A DNA stretch of 64,000 bases from Myxococcota bacterium (GTDB lineage: Bacteria > Myxococcota_A > UBA796 > CAJQPC01). Positions 9,582 to 18,787 of this stretch are shown here, piece by piece. Position 1 is the stretch's first letter; each line of letters begins with the position of its first letter. Under the pieces are notes generated by a model. The model was not told the DNA's origin, did not search any database, and was given only the letters and a program-made list of their open reading frames with translations. A program made the position numbers and the translations under genes. The DNA lies in assembly GCA_036012755.1 (NCBI GenBank), contig DASCPX010000043.1:52884-116883 (forward strand). The letters are read 5' to 3'.

Positions 9582-10613
9582 CTAGCCCGCAGCCTCCATC
9601 CACGCCGGGGGCCGGGCGATGTCTCGACCACGGCGCCAGTCGGCGAGGACACGGTCGCGGAGCAGCGCGGCGAAGGGATCGAGGACGCGGAGATCATCGA
9701 GGTCGACGTGCAGGTCACGGATGCCCTGGAACACGGCGACGTCAGCGCCTGCGTGACCGGGAAGGATGCCGCCGAGCACCATGCCGTGGCCCTTCCAGGC
9801 CAGCGTAGCCGCTGCCGTGAAGGGGGTCTCCAGCGGGGAATGCACGGTGACGTGGCGTATGTGTCCGCCCATCAGCCAGCGGAAGCGCTCCAGGACCCGC
9901 TCTTCGAGGTCGGGACCCGCCCGCACGACGTGGATTCGTCCAATCTGGCGACTGGGATCGAAGTGGACGCGCACGTCGGTCGCCGCGGCGAGGCGGTGGG
10001 AGCCGCAGTCCTCGACGAACAGGCGCTTCTCGGCGAGGTTCTCGTAGAGGGCGTCGTAGACGTCCCGATCCTGGCGCGGCAGGTAGACCTTCTGCTCGGG
10101 GCTGTCCGCGAGCGCGAGGTATGCGGTGAGGATCGACAGTGGGCGGCCTTGCCCAGCCCTGGGGATCGCGCCGAGCGACAGCGCGGTGGGCACGGCGCCC
10201 ATCGCTCGGGCGAGGCGCTGGACCTCCACCTCGTCGGTCCGACAGCGGAACAGGAGCCCGCAGATGTCCCTGGTCCCAGCCCAGCCATAGAGCGCGGTCG
10301 TAAGGCGCTGGCGAACGCCGCTGCCCTTCACGTCCGGATGGATGATGTCGAGCCCGACGACGCGGTTGTTCCTCTCGATGGGCGTGTCCGCCTCGTCGAA
10401 GTGCGGAGCGATTGCCGCGAGGTGACCCACGCAGCGCGGGCCGACCATGGCGACGAAGCTGCGCACGTGGCCGCCGCGGTTTCGCGCGAGGATCTCCTCG
10501 GGTCGGTACAGCCAGCCCCTGTGATGAGTCAGCCCCTGGGTCTCGTAGACCAGCCGGGCAAGCGCCCTGGCCTGATCTTCCGACTCCAGGAGCACAACGC
10601 GCACGTTCAGCAT
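9582..10613 (-). CDS. GNAT-like acetyltransferase-fold protein
   Basis: CVGHLA, IIHPDVKGSGV (acetyl-CoA loop-like); GGAGGA RBS. Confidence 0.6.
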   Translation of the reverse strand: MLNVRVVLLESEDQARALARLVYETQGLTHHRGWLYRPEEILARNRGGHVRSFVAMVGPRCVGHLAAIAPHFDEADTPIERNNRVVGLDIIHPDVKGSGVRQRLTTALYGWAGTRDICGLLFRCRTDEVEVQRLARAMGAVPTALSLGAIPRAGQGRPLSILTAYLALADSPEQKVYLPRQDRDVYDALYENLAEKRLFVEDCGSHRLAAATDVRVHFDPSRQIGRIHVVRAGPDLEERVLERFRWLMGGHIRHVTVHSPLETPFTAAATLAWKGHGMVLGGILPGHAGADVAVFQGIRDLHVDLDDLRVLDPFAALLRDRVLADWRRGRDIARPPAWMEAAG

Positions 10614-10681
10614 CGCTCCTCCAGGCCCTTGCGGGCTCGCCCCCAGAAACGGATCGGCGGGGGCGCGCCATTAGGGCCCGC

Positions 10682-11608
10682 TCAGAGCCGGATTAGCTCC
10701 ACCCTGCGGCCCACGGAGACCTCCAGCCGCTGCACGCCGGCGTGGAAGTCGCCGTCCACCATGAAGCCCAGCGGCTCCTCCGCTTCGATCTCCAGCCGGT
10801 GGCCCAGTCCCCCGACGATGTCCGGGTGCTTCATCGGCTGGCCCCGGTACATGTTCCAGAGCTCACCGGTGAGCGAAAACGGCGAGCACCCGATGCCGAC
10901 GGCGTGGAGGTAGCCCGGGTGATCCGGCGCGAGGTGGAAGGGGCGGAAGCCGAGCCCGATGTCGTCGACCGTCGCCGCCGCGATGGTGAGATAGGGCAGC
11001 TCGGGCAACTCCTTGCCGTCGAGGCGGACCCGCGCACGGACCGGCGCCGCGACCTTCCGGACCAGGCGGCCCTGCACAACCGCAGAGGCGACGGTGCGGG
11101 CGAGCAGCCAGGCAGCCCTCGCAGGGGTGGGGTCGGGATCCTCGTAGTAGATCTCCAGCCAGTTGGCGATCAGCCCGTTTCCGAAGATGAACCCTGCGTA
11201 TTCGTTCACGCGCAGCAGGCTCCGCGTCACGATCCTCAGGGGCATCTCGCGGTGATACAGACTGGTCAGGCGCCCGAGGAGCTCCTGGGGGGTGCCGCGA
11301 ATCCCCAGCCCTGAAGCCACCGTGTTCATGGTCCCGCCGCGCAACAGCGCGATGCGTGGGAGCGGTCGCTGTCCATAGGCCTTCACCAGGGCCGTCAGCA
11401 CGGCGTGGTTCGTGCCGTCTCCGCCGTTGATGGCGACGATCTCGATGCCATGATCCCGGAAGTGCTCGGCGACGCCGTCGAGGGCGTCGAGGTCCGAGGG
11501 CGCCGCGAGCGTGCCCTTCTCGCCGAGCACGTAGGCCAGTCGCTCCGCCAGCTCCGGATTGCGCCGGTTGTGCCGCGACCGGGGGTTCGAGATGACACCG
11601 ATGCCCAT
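10682..11608 (-). CDS. Diacylglycerol/lipid kinase family protein
   Basis: ISNPRS, GGDGT, LRGGTMN and MVDGD. Confidence 0.85.
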   Translation of the reverse strand: MGIGVISNPRSRHNRRNPELAERLAYVLGEKGTLAAPSDLDALDGVAEHFRDHGIEIVAINGGDGTNHAVLTALVKAYGQRPLPRIALLRGGTMNTVASGLGIRGTPQELLGRLTSLYHREMPLRIVTRSLLRVNEYAGFIFGNGLIANWLEIYYEDPDPTPARAAWLLARTVASAVVQGRLVRKVAAPVRARVRLDGKELPELPYLTIAAATVDDIGLGFRPFHLAPDHPGYLHAVGIGCSPFSLTGELWNMYRGQPMKHPDIVGGLGHRLEIEAEEPLGFMVDGDFHAGVQRLEVSVGRRVELIRL

Positions 11609-11633
11609 CGGCCCGATGCTACCGTCGAGCCCG

Positions 11634-12377
11634 ATGCGGGTCCTCGTCACCACGGATCGCCAGGACGGCGGAGGCTCCCTCGACGAGGCTCGCCGACCTT
11701 CGGGTTTGGCAACGCTTCGCCCCGTCGACGGAGCTCGCGTGCGCCCGCGACAGCCCAGGGCATGGGTGAAGGAGGCCGTCATAGACGCGGTGCGCCAGGC
11801 CGGGGGCGTGCCCCTGCTGTTGCCCCCCGGCGAGACCGACCTGAAGGCCGCCTTGGAGGGCATCCACGCCGTCGTCATCACCGGCGGCGACTTCGACATC
11901 CACCCGCGCCACTACGGAGCCGAACCCCACCCGAAGCTCGGGAACACCGACGACAAGCGCACCGCGACGGAGCTCGCCCTGGCGACCCTGGCGCTGAACG
12001 ACGACATCCGGGTCCTCGGCATCTGCGGAGGCATGCAGATCCTGGCGGTGGCCGCCGGCGGCACGCTCGTCCAGGACATCGATGCAGAGGTCCCCGGCGC
12101 AGCCGAGCACCAGCAACCAACCGACCCCTCGGAGGGCTGGCATCGCCTCGTGGTCCAGCCCGGCATGCTCAGGCGCCTGATCGGTCCCACTCCAGTGGTG
12201 AACTCGACCCACCACCAGGCCGTCGACCATCCCGGCAGGCTCCGCGTCGCCGCGCTGGCCGAAGACGGGATCGTCGAGGCGGTCGAGGCCCCCGACCACC
12301 GCTTCTGTCTCGGGGTCCAGTGGCACCCGGAGTTCCTCGGTACACAGGAGAGGCTCTTCAGGGCGTTGCTGAGTTAG
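11634..12377 (+). CDS. Peptidase C26 / gamma-glutamyl-GABA hydrolase (PuuD-like)
   Basis: TGGDFDIHP, LGICGGMQ, VNSTHHQAV and GVQWHPE. Confidence 0.9.
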   Translation: MRVLVTTDRQDGGGSLDEARRPSGLATLRPVDGARVRPRQPRAWVKEAVIDAVRQAGGVPLLLPPGETDLKAALEGIHAVVITGGDFDIHPRHYGAEPHPKLGNTDDKRTATELALATLALNDDIRVLGICGGMQILAVAAGGTLVQDIDAEVPGAAEHQQPTDPSEGWHRLVVQPGMLRRLIGPTPVVNSTHHQAVDHPGRLRVAALAEDGIVEAVEAPDHRFCLGVQWHPEFLGTQERLFRALLS

Positions 12378-12398
12378 GGCCAGGACCCTGGAGGTCCC

Positions 12399-14525
12399 AT
12401 GATCCTGTTGCTGCTGTCCGCTTGCCCCAAGCCCCAGCCCGCCGACGAGGTCCTCGCCCTGACGGCCCCCGCTTCGATCTACCCGGAGACGATGAAAGGC
12501 GACGTGGTCGACGACTACCACGGCACCCCAGTGCCGGATCCCTACCGCTGGCTCGAGGACAGCGAAGCCGAGGACGTCCGCGCCTGGATCGACGCGGAGA
12601 ACAGACTCACAAAGGCCTACCTCGGCCAGATCGACGAGCGGGAGCGCATTCGAGCACGGATGACCGAGCTCTGGGACTACGAGCGGTACTCGATCCCCTA
12701 CGAGGAAGGAGGGAGGTACTTCTGGAGCCACAACGACGGCCTCCAGAACCAGTCCGTTGTCTACGTCGCCGACTCGCCCGAGGCCGAGGGCCGCGTGCTG
12801 CTGGACCCCAACACCCTCTCAGAGGACGGAACCGTAGCGCTCTCGGGCACCTGGGTGAGCGAGGACGGCAGGTACCTCGCCTACGGCGTCTCCGACGCGG
12901 GCAGCGACTGGAAGACCATCCAGGTCATGGAGATCGAGACCGGGGACGTCCTCGACGACAAGATCGAGTGGGTCAAGTTCTCTGGCGCGTCCTGGACCCA
13001 CGACGGCAAGGGCTTCTTCTACAGCCGCTTCGACGAGCCGACCGACGAGGGCCTGGAGTCGATCAACTACTACCAGAAACTGTTCTACCACCGCATCGGA
13101 ACGGACCAGTCAGAGGACGAGCTCGTCTTCCACAACCCCGACGAGAAGCGCTGGGGCTTCTATGCGGGAATCACCGAGGACGGGCGCTACGCGGTGATCT
13201 ACAACTGGGAAGGGACCGACCGGAACAACCGCATCTTCTACAAGGACCTCGCCAAGGGCGGCGAGGTGGTCCCATTCCTGATGGACTTCGACGCCAGCTA
13301 CGCTGTCATCGGGAACGACGGCACCCGCTGGTACATCGAGACGGACAAGGACGCCCCGAAGAAGATGGTGGTGGCGTACGACCTCGAGCGACCCGCCAAG
13401 AAGCCCGAGATCCTCATCCCCGAGAGCGAGGATCCGCTGCGTGGTTGCAGCATGCTCAACGAGCAGTTCGTCTGCAGCTACCTCCACGACGTGAAGACAC
13501 AGGTCAAGGTCTTCGACCTGAAGGGCAAGCCGGTGCGCGACGTGGAGTTGCCCGGCATCGGCTCCGCCTGGGGCTTCGGCGGGGACCGCGAAGACACCGA
13601 GACGTTCTACAGCTTCACATCGTTCACCACACCCGGCACGATCTATCGCTACGACATGAAGTCCGGAGAGAGCACGCTGTTTCGCGCCCCCGACGTCTCG
13701 ATGCCAGAGGGCGAGTACGTGACGACGCAGGTCTTCTACCCGTCAAAGGACGGAACGAAGATCCCGATGTTCATCACGCACAGAACCGGCGTGGAACTCG
13801 ACGGAGAAAACCCCGCCTTTCTCTCCGGCTATGGCGGCTTCGACATCTCGATCACGCCCTACTACTCCACCGTCAACCGGGTCTGGCTCGAGATGGGTGG
13901 CGTGCTGGCCATCGCGAACCTCCGCGGCGGCGGCGAGTACGGTGCGGACTGGCACGACGCCGGGCGCCTGAAGAACAAGCAGAACGTCTTCGACGACTTC
14001 CACGCCGCGGCGGAGTACCTCATCGCAGAGGGCTACACGACCACGGACCACCTCGGCATCGGCGGACGCAGCAACGGCGGACTCCTGGTCGGGGCCGCCA
14101 TCACACAGCGTCCGGATCTGTACGGCGCGGCGCTCCCCGGTGTCGGCGTGCTCGACATGCTGCGTTTCCACGAGTTCACGATCGGACACGCCTGGACGTC
14201 CGACTACGGCGACCCGGACGATCCCGAGATGTTCCCGGTCCTCTTTGCATACAGTCCCTATCACAACGTAGAGGACGGGAAGGAGTACCCACCGACCCTG
14301 ATCACGACCGGCGACCACGACGACCGCGTGGTGCCAGGGCACAGCTTCAAGTTCGCGGCCCGCATGCAGGAGGCCCAGGCCGGCGGTGACCCGGTGCTGA
14401 TCCGGATCGAGACCCGGGCTGGTCACGGCGCTGGAAAGCCCACCGAGCTGCAGATCGCGGAGTGGACCGACCAGTGGGCCTTCCTAGTCAAGAACCTGGG
14501 GGTCATACTGCCAGAGGAGTTCTGA
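12399..14525 (+). CDS. Prolyl oligopeptidase (S9A), predicted lipoprotein
   Basis: DPYRWLED, GRSNGG (Ser), DDRV (Asp), AGHG (His); LLSAC lipobox. Confidence 0.95.
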   Translation: MILLLLSACPKPQPADEVLALTAPASIYPETMKGDVVDDYHGTPVPDPYRWLEDSEAEDVRAWIDAENRLTKAYLGQIDERERIRARMTELWDYERYSIPYEEGGRYFWSHNDGLQNQSVVYVADSPEAEGRVLLDPNTLSEDGTVALSGTWVSEDGRYLAYGVSDAGSDWKTIQVMEIETGDVLDDKIEWVKFSGASWTHDGKGFFYSRFDEPTDEGLESINYYQKLFYHRIGTDQSEDELVFHNPDEKRWGFYAGITEDGRYAVIYNWEGTDRNNRIFYKDLAKGGEVVPFLMDFDASYAVIGNDGTRWYIETDKDAPKKMVVAYDLERPAKKPEILIPESEDPLRGCSMLNEQFVCSYLHDVKTQVKVFDLKGKPVRDVELPGIGSAWGFGGDREDTETFYSFTSFTTPGTIYRYDMKSGESTLFRAPDVSMPEGEYVTTQVFYPSKDGTKIPMFITHRTGVELDGENPAFLSGYGGFDISITPYYSTVNRVWLEMGGVLAIANLRGGGEYGADWHDAGRLKNKQNVFDDFHAAAEYLIAEGYTTTDHLGIGGRSNGGLLVGAAITQRPDLYGAALPGVGVLDMLRFHEFTIGHAWTSDYGDPDDPEMFPVLFAYSPYHNVEDGKEYPPTLITTGDHDDRVVPGHSFKFAARMQEAQAGGDPVLIRIETRAGHGAGKPTELQIAEWTDQWAFLVKNLGVILPEEF

Positions 14526-15604
14526 TGAACCGCCGCCGCCTCCTGCAAGGACTCAGCGCGCTTCCCATCGTGGGATGCGGCAGCGGGGTCGACACCGGCG
14601 CCGACCCCAGTCCCTTCGACAGCGGCTCGCTTCCCGGCACGCCGCAGGAAGCGGGCTTCCGCATGCCAGCCGAGTGGGAGGCGCACGACAGCTGCATCAT
14701 GGCCTTCCCCACCGGGTCGAGCTGGCTCAAGGGCCGCGAGCTCGACAGCGCCCGCACCGAGTGGGCAGACACGGCCAACGCCGTAGCCGAGTTCGAGCCC
14801 GTCACCATGGTGGTGAACCCAGGGGACGACTCGACGGCGCAGGCGCTGCTCGACTCGCAGATCGAGCGCATCGAGATCGACATCGACGACGCCTGGACCC
14901 GGGACACGGCGCCGCTGGTCCTCGTCGACGACCAGGGCAACCGAAGCTGCGCAGCCTTCGGCTTCAACGGCTGGGGAGAGAAGCAGGACTACGAAAAAGA
15001 CGCGGCGCTCAAGCACCACCTGGCCGAGCACCTGGGCCTGGAGTCCTGGGTCATCGACGCCATCCTCGAGGGGGGCGCCATCACCGTGGACGGCCTCGGA
15101 AACTGCATCACCACCGAGCAGTGTCTCCTGGAGGAGAGCCGCGGCCTCCAGGACAAGGGAGCCTGGGAGCAGCTCCAGTTCGAGAACCTGGCGGTCGACA
15201 AGACGATCTGGCTACCTTCGGGGATCGTGCCGGATCCGATCACGGACGGACACGTCGACGGCATCTGTGTCTTCGTCGAACCAGGAACCGTGATGGTCAG
15301 CATGACGGACTACGAACCCGACCCGAACTACACGATCTGCCAGGACGCCATCGCGCAGCTGAAGGCGGAGGGGTTGGAGGTCATCGAGCTGTTGATGGGC
15401 ATGAAGGTGCTTCACATCAACTTCTACATCTGCAACGGCGGCGTGGTCGTGCCCATCGCCGGCTCGGACCGCGAGGACGACCAGGCGCTCTCCCAGATTC
15501 GCAACTTCTTCAGCGACCGCACCGTGAGGACCGTCGAGGCGATCACGATCAACGGTCTCGGCGGGGGCATCCACTGCATCACCCAGCAGGTGCCGTCGGC
15601 GTAG
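14525..15604 (+). CDS. Agmatine/peptidylarginine deiminase family protein with Tat-lipoprotein-like signal
   Basis: RMPAEW, DAWTRD, LEGGAI, DGHVD and GGGIHCITQQ; N-terminus MNRRRLL..IVGC. Confidence 0.9.
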   Translation: MNRRRLLQGLSALPIVGCGSGVDTGADPSPFDSGSLPGTPQEAGFRMPAEWEAHDSCIMAFPTGSSWLKGRELDSARTEWADTANAVAEFEPVTMVVNPGDDSTAQALLDSQIERIEIDIDDAWTRDTAPLVLVDDQGNRSCAAFGFNGWGEKQDYEKDAALKHHLAEHLGLESWVIDAILEGGAITVDGLGNCITTEQCLLEESRGLQDKGAWEQLQFENLAVDKTIWLPSGIVPDPITDGHVDGICVFVEPGTVMVSMTDYEPDPNYTICQDAIAQLKAEGLEVIELLMGMKVLHINFYICNGGVVVPIAGSDREDDQALSQIRNFFSDRTVRTVEAITINGLGGGIHCITQQVPSA

Positions 15605-15612
15605 TATCCGGC

Positions 15613-17052
15613 ATGCCTTGGCTCTACACGCTGCTCGGAGCGCTCCTGGCCCTCGGCCTGTCGATCGTGCCGCTGGCTGGTCTGGATACAGACCTGGAGT
15701 TCATGCCGAGCATCGTCGACCAGCTGCAGGTGGGCGGCCTGCTGTCGGCCATCTGGCCGTGGTTCTTCTGCGGGCGCGCCGCCGCTCGCCTGCTCGGATG
15801 GAGGAGGTCGGCGCTGGCGGGCACCTTGCTCGCCAGCGCGCTCGCGACCGTGGGGCTCGGGAGCATCCTCATGGACGTGATGCTCCCGAGGCACGTGATG
15901 CTGCTCGCGAGCTCCGGCGCAGCGAGCTCCGCGCTGCTCTGGTGGGTCTGTGATCGCCTCCGCGAACGAGGTGCCCTCGGCGGCACGATGACCGTCATGG
16001 GCGGGGTGCTGCTCCTGGATCTCCCGAGGCTGGCGATGGGCCACGGGGCATCGCTGGCCACCGACCCGAGCATCCTGCTCTTCGTTCTCGGAGCCGCGGC
16101 GCTGCTGAGCCCCGCGGCCCTCGGCGTAGCGCTCTGGAGGCGACTGCCCGAGCGGCCCCCGCCGTGGCTCCCGGTCAAGCACCCCCTGGAGCTCATGCTG
16201 TTGCCGCTGGCAGTCGGCGAGCTGGTCTCGGGTCTGCGGGCGCCCGGTCTTCCCTACGTCCTGGACAGCCTGGCCATGCTCGGGGCGGTCGCCCTGGTCC
16301 TCTGGCTCACCCGCGCCAGGACCCAGGGCCCACCAATGCTGGCCGGAGCCGGCGTCGTCGAAGGACTCGTCGTGCTCGGGTCCCTCTGCTGGGGAATCCA
16401 CGCCACCAGCGACATCCTCGGCGCGCGCTACGTAGAAGGGCCCGTCGACGGCAGCCACTCGGTCCGGGTCCTCTGCACGGCGCCGGGGGCCGACCTCGCC
16501 GAGATCGAGCGCATGCGGGCCCGCATGGACGAGCTGCGCATCGAGGGCAACGTGCAGCTCCTCGACGGTCTCGTCCAGCTCGAGCTGCTCGATGTCGCCG
16601 AGCCGACGGAGCTGATGGACACGCTGACCGCGCCGAGCCGCTTCGAGATCCGTCCGGAGAACGTGGGGGATCCGGTGCTCTCGGTCGCCCAGTGCCCTGG
16701 CTGCGAGGTGATCGACCTGGGCGAGGTCGTGCTCACAAACAGCCACATCGCCAAGGCGACGATGAACATAGGCTACGCCGGTGCGCCGGGGGTGGCCCTG
16801 GAGTTCACCCCCGACGGAGAGGCCACCTTCGCCGCCCTGACGACCCAGACCGTGGGCTCTCGCATAGCGCTGATGGTGGACGGCCAGGTGCTGTCGGCCC
16901 CCTACGTGATGGAGCCCATCACCGGCGGCAAGGCCTGGCTCACCCTCGACGGGGCCTCTGTCGAGGACGCCCAGGTCATCGCGACGCTCCTGTCCCTGGA
17001 GCCACTGGAGGCGACCTGGATCGCCCGGGACTTCCAGGAGATCACTCCCTGA
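15613..17052 (+). CDS. Membrane protein: SecY-like N-terminal TM region plus SecD-like P1 (base and head) domain
   Basis: C-terminal VALEFTPDGEATFAALT..VGSRIALMVDGQVLSAPYVMEPITGG matches the SecD P1 head. N-terminal TMs resemble SecY (IVPLAGLD; LWWVCDRLRERG..G..LP). Confidence 0.7.
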   Translation: MPWLYTLLGALLALGLSIVPLAGLDTDLEFMPSIVDQLQVGGLLSAIWPWFFCGRAAARLLGWRRSALAGTLLASALATVGLGSILMDVMLPRHVMLLASSGAASSALLWWVCDRLRERGALGGTMTVMGGVLLLDLPRLAMGHGASLATDPSILLFVLGAAALLSPAALGVALWRRLPERPPPWLPVKHPLELMLLPLAVGELVSGLRAPGLPYVLDSLAMLGAVALVLWLTRARTQGPPMLAGAGVVEGLVVLGSLCWGIHATSDILGARYVEGPVDGSHSVRVLCTAPGADLAEIERMRARMDELRIEGNVQLLDGLVQLELLDVAEPTELMDTLTAPSRFEIRPENVGDPVLSVAQCPGCEVIDLGEVVLTNSHIAKATMNIGYAGAPGVALEFTPDGEATFAALTTQTVGSRIALMVDGQVLSAPYVMEPITGGKAWLTLDGASVEDAQVIATLLSLEPLEATWIARDFQEITP

Positions 17053-17593
17053 TCCGCCCCGCCGTGCAGGTGGCCTCCGTCGCCTTGCAGATGGCGAAGG
17101 CCTGGGCACAGCGGACGATGACCTCTTCGCCGTCGCGGATGCGGACGAGTCCGGCGAGCTCGGGCTCGCCCTCGACCCACTCGGCCCAGATCTTGTAGGT
17201 GCCCACGTCGACGGGGCCGGCGCCAAAGGCCTTGTCGCCCTCGCCCACGAGCACGGCCTTGAGCGCGTCACCCTCGAAACGCACCAGGCTGTCGCCGGTG
17301 GGGCAGACCTGGTTTCCCTCCCAGGTGGCGCCGGGAGTGCGGACGGGCAGACAGAGGGCGAAGGCGTCGTCGCAACGCAGGGTGACGATCTCGTCGGCGA
17401 CCAGCGTGACGCGGCCAGCGACGAAGGGTGGACCCTCCGCCCAGGTCGTCAGCACGAGGTAGCGGCCCGCGGGCACCTCTCCAGGGGGAGTGAAGGTGCC
17501 CTCTGCGCCGAGGAGCTCGACCTTGCGTACGTTGCCCTCGACGAGGACGGTGGCGGGCTCCTGTGCGAGAGCCATGGCGAGTGTCAGAAGCAT
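17042..17593 (-). CDS. Secreted hypothetical protein with two tandem ~65-aa repeats
   Basis: Signal MLLTLAMALA; repeats share EG...G.Y....W.EG...AG.V....E.V..RC..AFA.C. Confidence 0.6.
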   Translation of the reverse strand: MLLTLAMALAQEPATVLVEGNVRKVELLGAEGTFTPPGEVPAGRYLVLTTWAEGPPFVAGRVTLVADEIVTLRCDDAFALCLPVRTPGATWEGNQVCPTGDSLVRFEGDALKAVLVGEGDKAFGAGPVDVGTYKIWAEWVEGEPELAGLVRIRDGEEVIVRCAQAFAICKATEATCTAGRIRE

Positions 17594-17904
17594 GCGCTGA
17601 TCGTCTCCTCGTAGTCGTCGCCCTGGGCATGGGGGTAGCCCTGGCACTCCTCTGTGAGGATGGGGCAGTCGTCGCTCTCGCCGCCCGAGTCGAAGGTGCA
17701 GAGCTCGTGGCACTGCCGGTCACCGACCGGGGCCTCGCACACCAGCCGTCCCTTCTTCGTGACGCAGGTCCAGGAGTGCCAGCAGAAACCGGAGGAGCAG
17801 TCCTCGTCGTAGCAGCAGGTGGCGGTCCCCTCCTCACGACAGAGAACACCCGGATCGATGTCGTCGTCGCCGGTGCAGGCGAGCGAGAGGACCAGGGCGA
17901 TCAC
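17584..17904 (-). CDS. Small Cys-rich lipoprotein
   Basis: LSLAC lipobox and many cysteines in a short acidic protein. Confidence 0.6.
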   Translation of the reverse strand: MIALVLSLACTGDDDIDPGVLCREEGTATCCYDEDCSSGFCWHSWTCVTKKGRLVCEAPVGDRQCHELCTFDSGGESDDCPILTEECQGYPHAQGDDYEETISACF

Positions 17905-18302
17905 TCGATGTCCTCTACGTTCCAGGTGCCAGAGGGGCCGTGCTCCGGGACGAGCACCATGTGGCGGGATGTGCGGGGGGCGATGCAGGCCCCGCCACTC
18001 CAGGAAAACGGCGGGAGGAGACAGCGGGCGATGCCGCCCCGAAAGGGGTGCAACACGTAGCGCCAGATGCGCACGTCAGTGCCCACCGACGTGACGACGG
18101 TGCGGTGCCCGGGGAGGCTGAGGCGCAGCCGATACCGCCGCGCGCCGTTGCCGACGTGCGGGGTCCACACGGTCGTGAACTCGAGTGGAGTGACGCCCTT
18201 CTTCTTGCCGCGGAAGAAGACGGCCGCCCCTGGAGGCTCGGAGGTGACCTTCACCTTGTGGGCGCACCCGAAGAGCGACAGCGACAACAGCAGCGCCAGC
18301 AT
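17901..18302 (-). CDS. PEGA-domain lipoprotein
   Basis: LFGC lipobox; VTSEPPGAAVF..G..GVTPL. Confidence 0.7.
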   Translation of the reverse strand: MLALLLSLSLFGCAHKVKVTSEPPGAAVFFRGKKKGVTPLEFTTVWTPHVGNGARRYRLRLSLPGHRTVVTSVGTDVRIWRYVLHPFRGGIARCLLPPFSWSGGACIAPRTSRHMVLVPEHGPSGTWNVEDIE

Positions 18303-18337
18303 GGCAGCGATGGTAGCCGGCGGCATAGAGTGCTGCC

Positions 18338-18787
18338 ATGTGGTGGCTACTCGCAGCGCTCTCTGGAAACGCCGAAGCAGGCAAGGCCGGTCGCGAGGCC
18401 CGCAGGGAGGTGCGCGTCGTCCGCCGCCACACGACCACCCTGACGACCTACACCGACGAGTACTGGCGCGCCCTGCGATGGAGCGACTTCTCGCGGGCCG
18501 GCGGCCACATGGCGGACCCCGAGCACCGCGCTCGATGGGTCGTCGCCGAGACCGAAGCGCCAGAGGTGCGGATCCAGTCCGCGGAGATCCTCACCATCAC
18601 CATCGGGCCAGAGCTCACAGAGGGCGAGCACCTCCGCGAAGCCCACGTGCTCGTGCAGATCGAGGGCTACGCGCCGAAGAGCCAGATGCTGGAGAAGGAC
18701 ACTCGCGACCAGGTCTGGGTGCTCACGGCCACTGGCTGGTTCGTAGAGCCAGGCCAGGAGTACGGGGTCTCAACGAGGGAAAGGTAG
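18338..18787 (+). CDS. Secreted hypothetical protein
   Basis: Signal-like N-terminus; fills the gap between neighbours; TAGAGT lies 6 nt upstream. Confidence 0.6.
   Translation: MWWLLAALSGNAEAGKAGREARREVRVVRRHTTTLTTYTDEYWRALRWSDFSRAGGHMADPEHRARWVVAETEAPEVRIQSAEILTITIGPELTEGEHLREAHVLVQIEGYAPKSQMLEKDTRDQVWVLTATGWFVEPGQEYGVSTRER

Noticed and set aside
11405..14389. 994-aa Arg-rich ORF, plus similar long alternative-frame or antisense ORFs (e.g. 26891-30922, 26998-29622)
   Set aside because: These are typical high-GC shadow ORFs overlapping well-supported genes, with no recognisable motifs.
14575..17052. Apparent long N-terminal extensions in the ORF track (also 36791, 38092, 52093, 54771, 24498 starts)
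   Set aside because: Stop-poor frames run over the upstream gene. The true starts are downstream and usually overlap or closely follow the previous stop.
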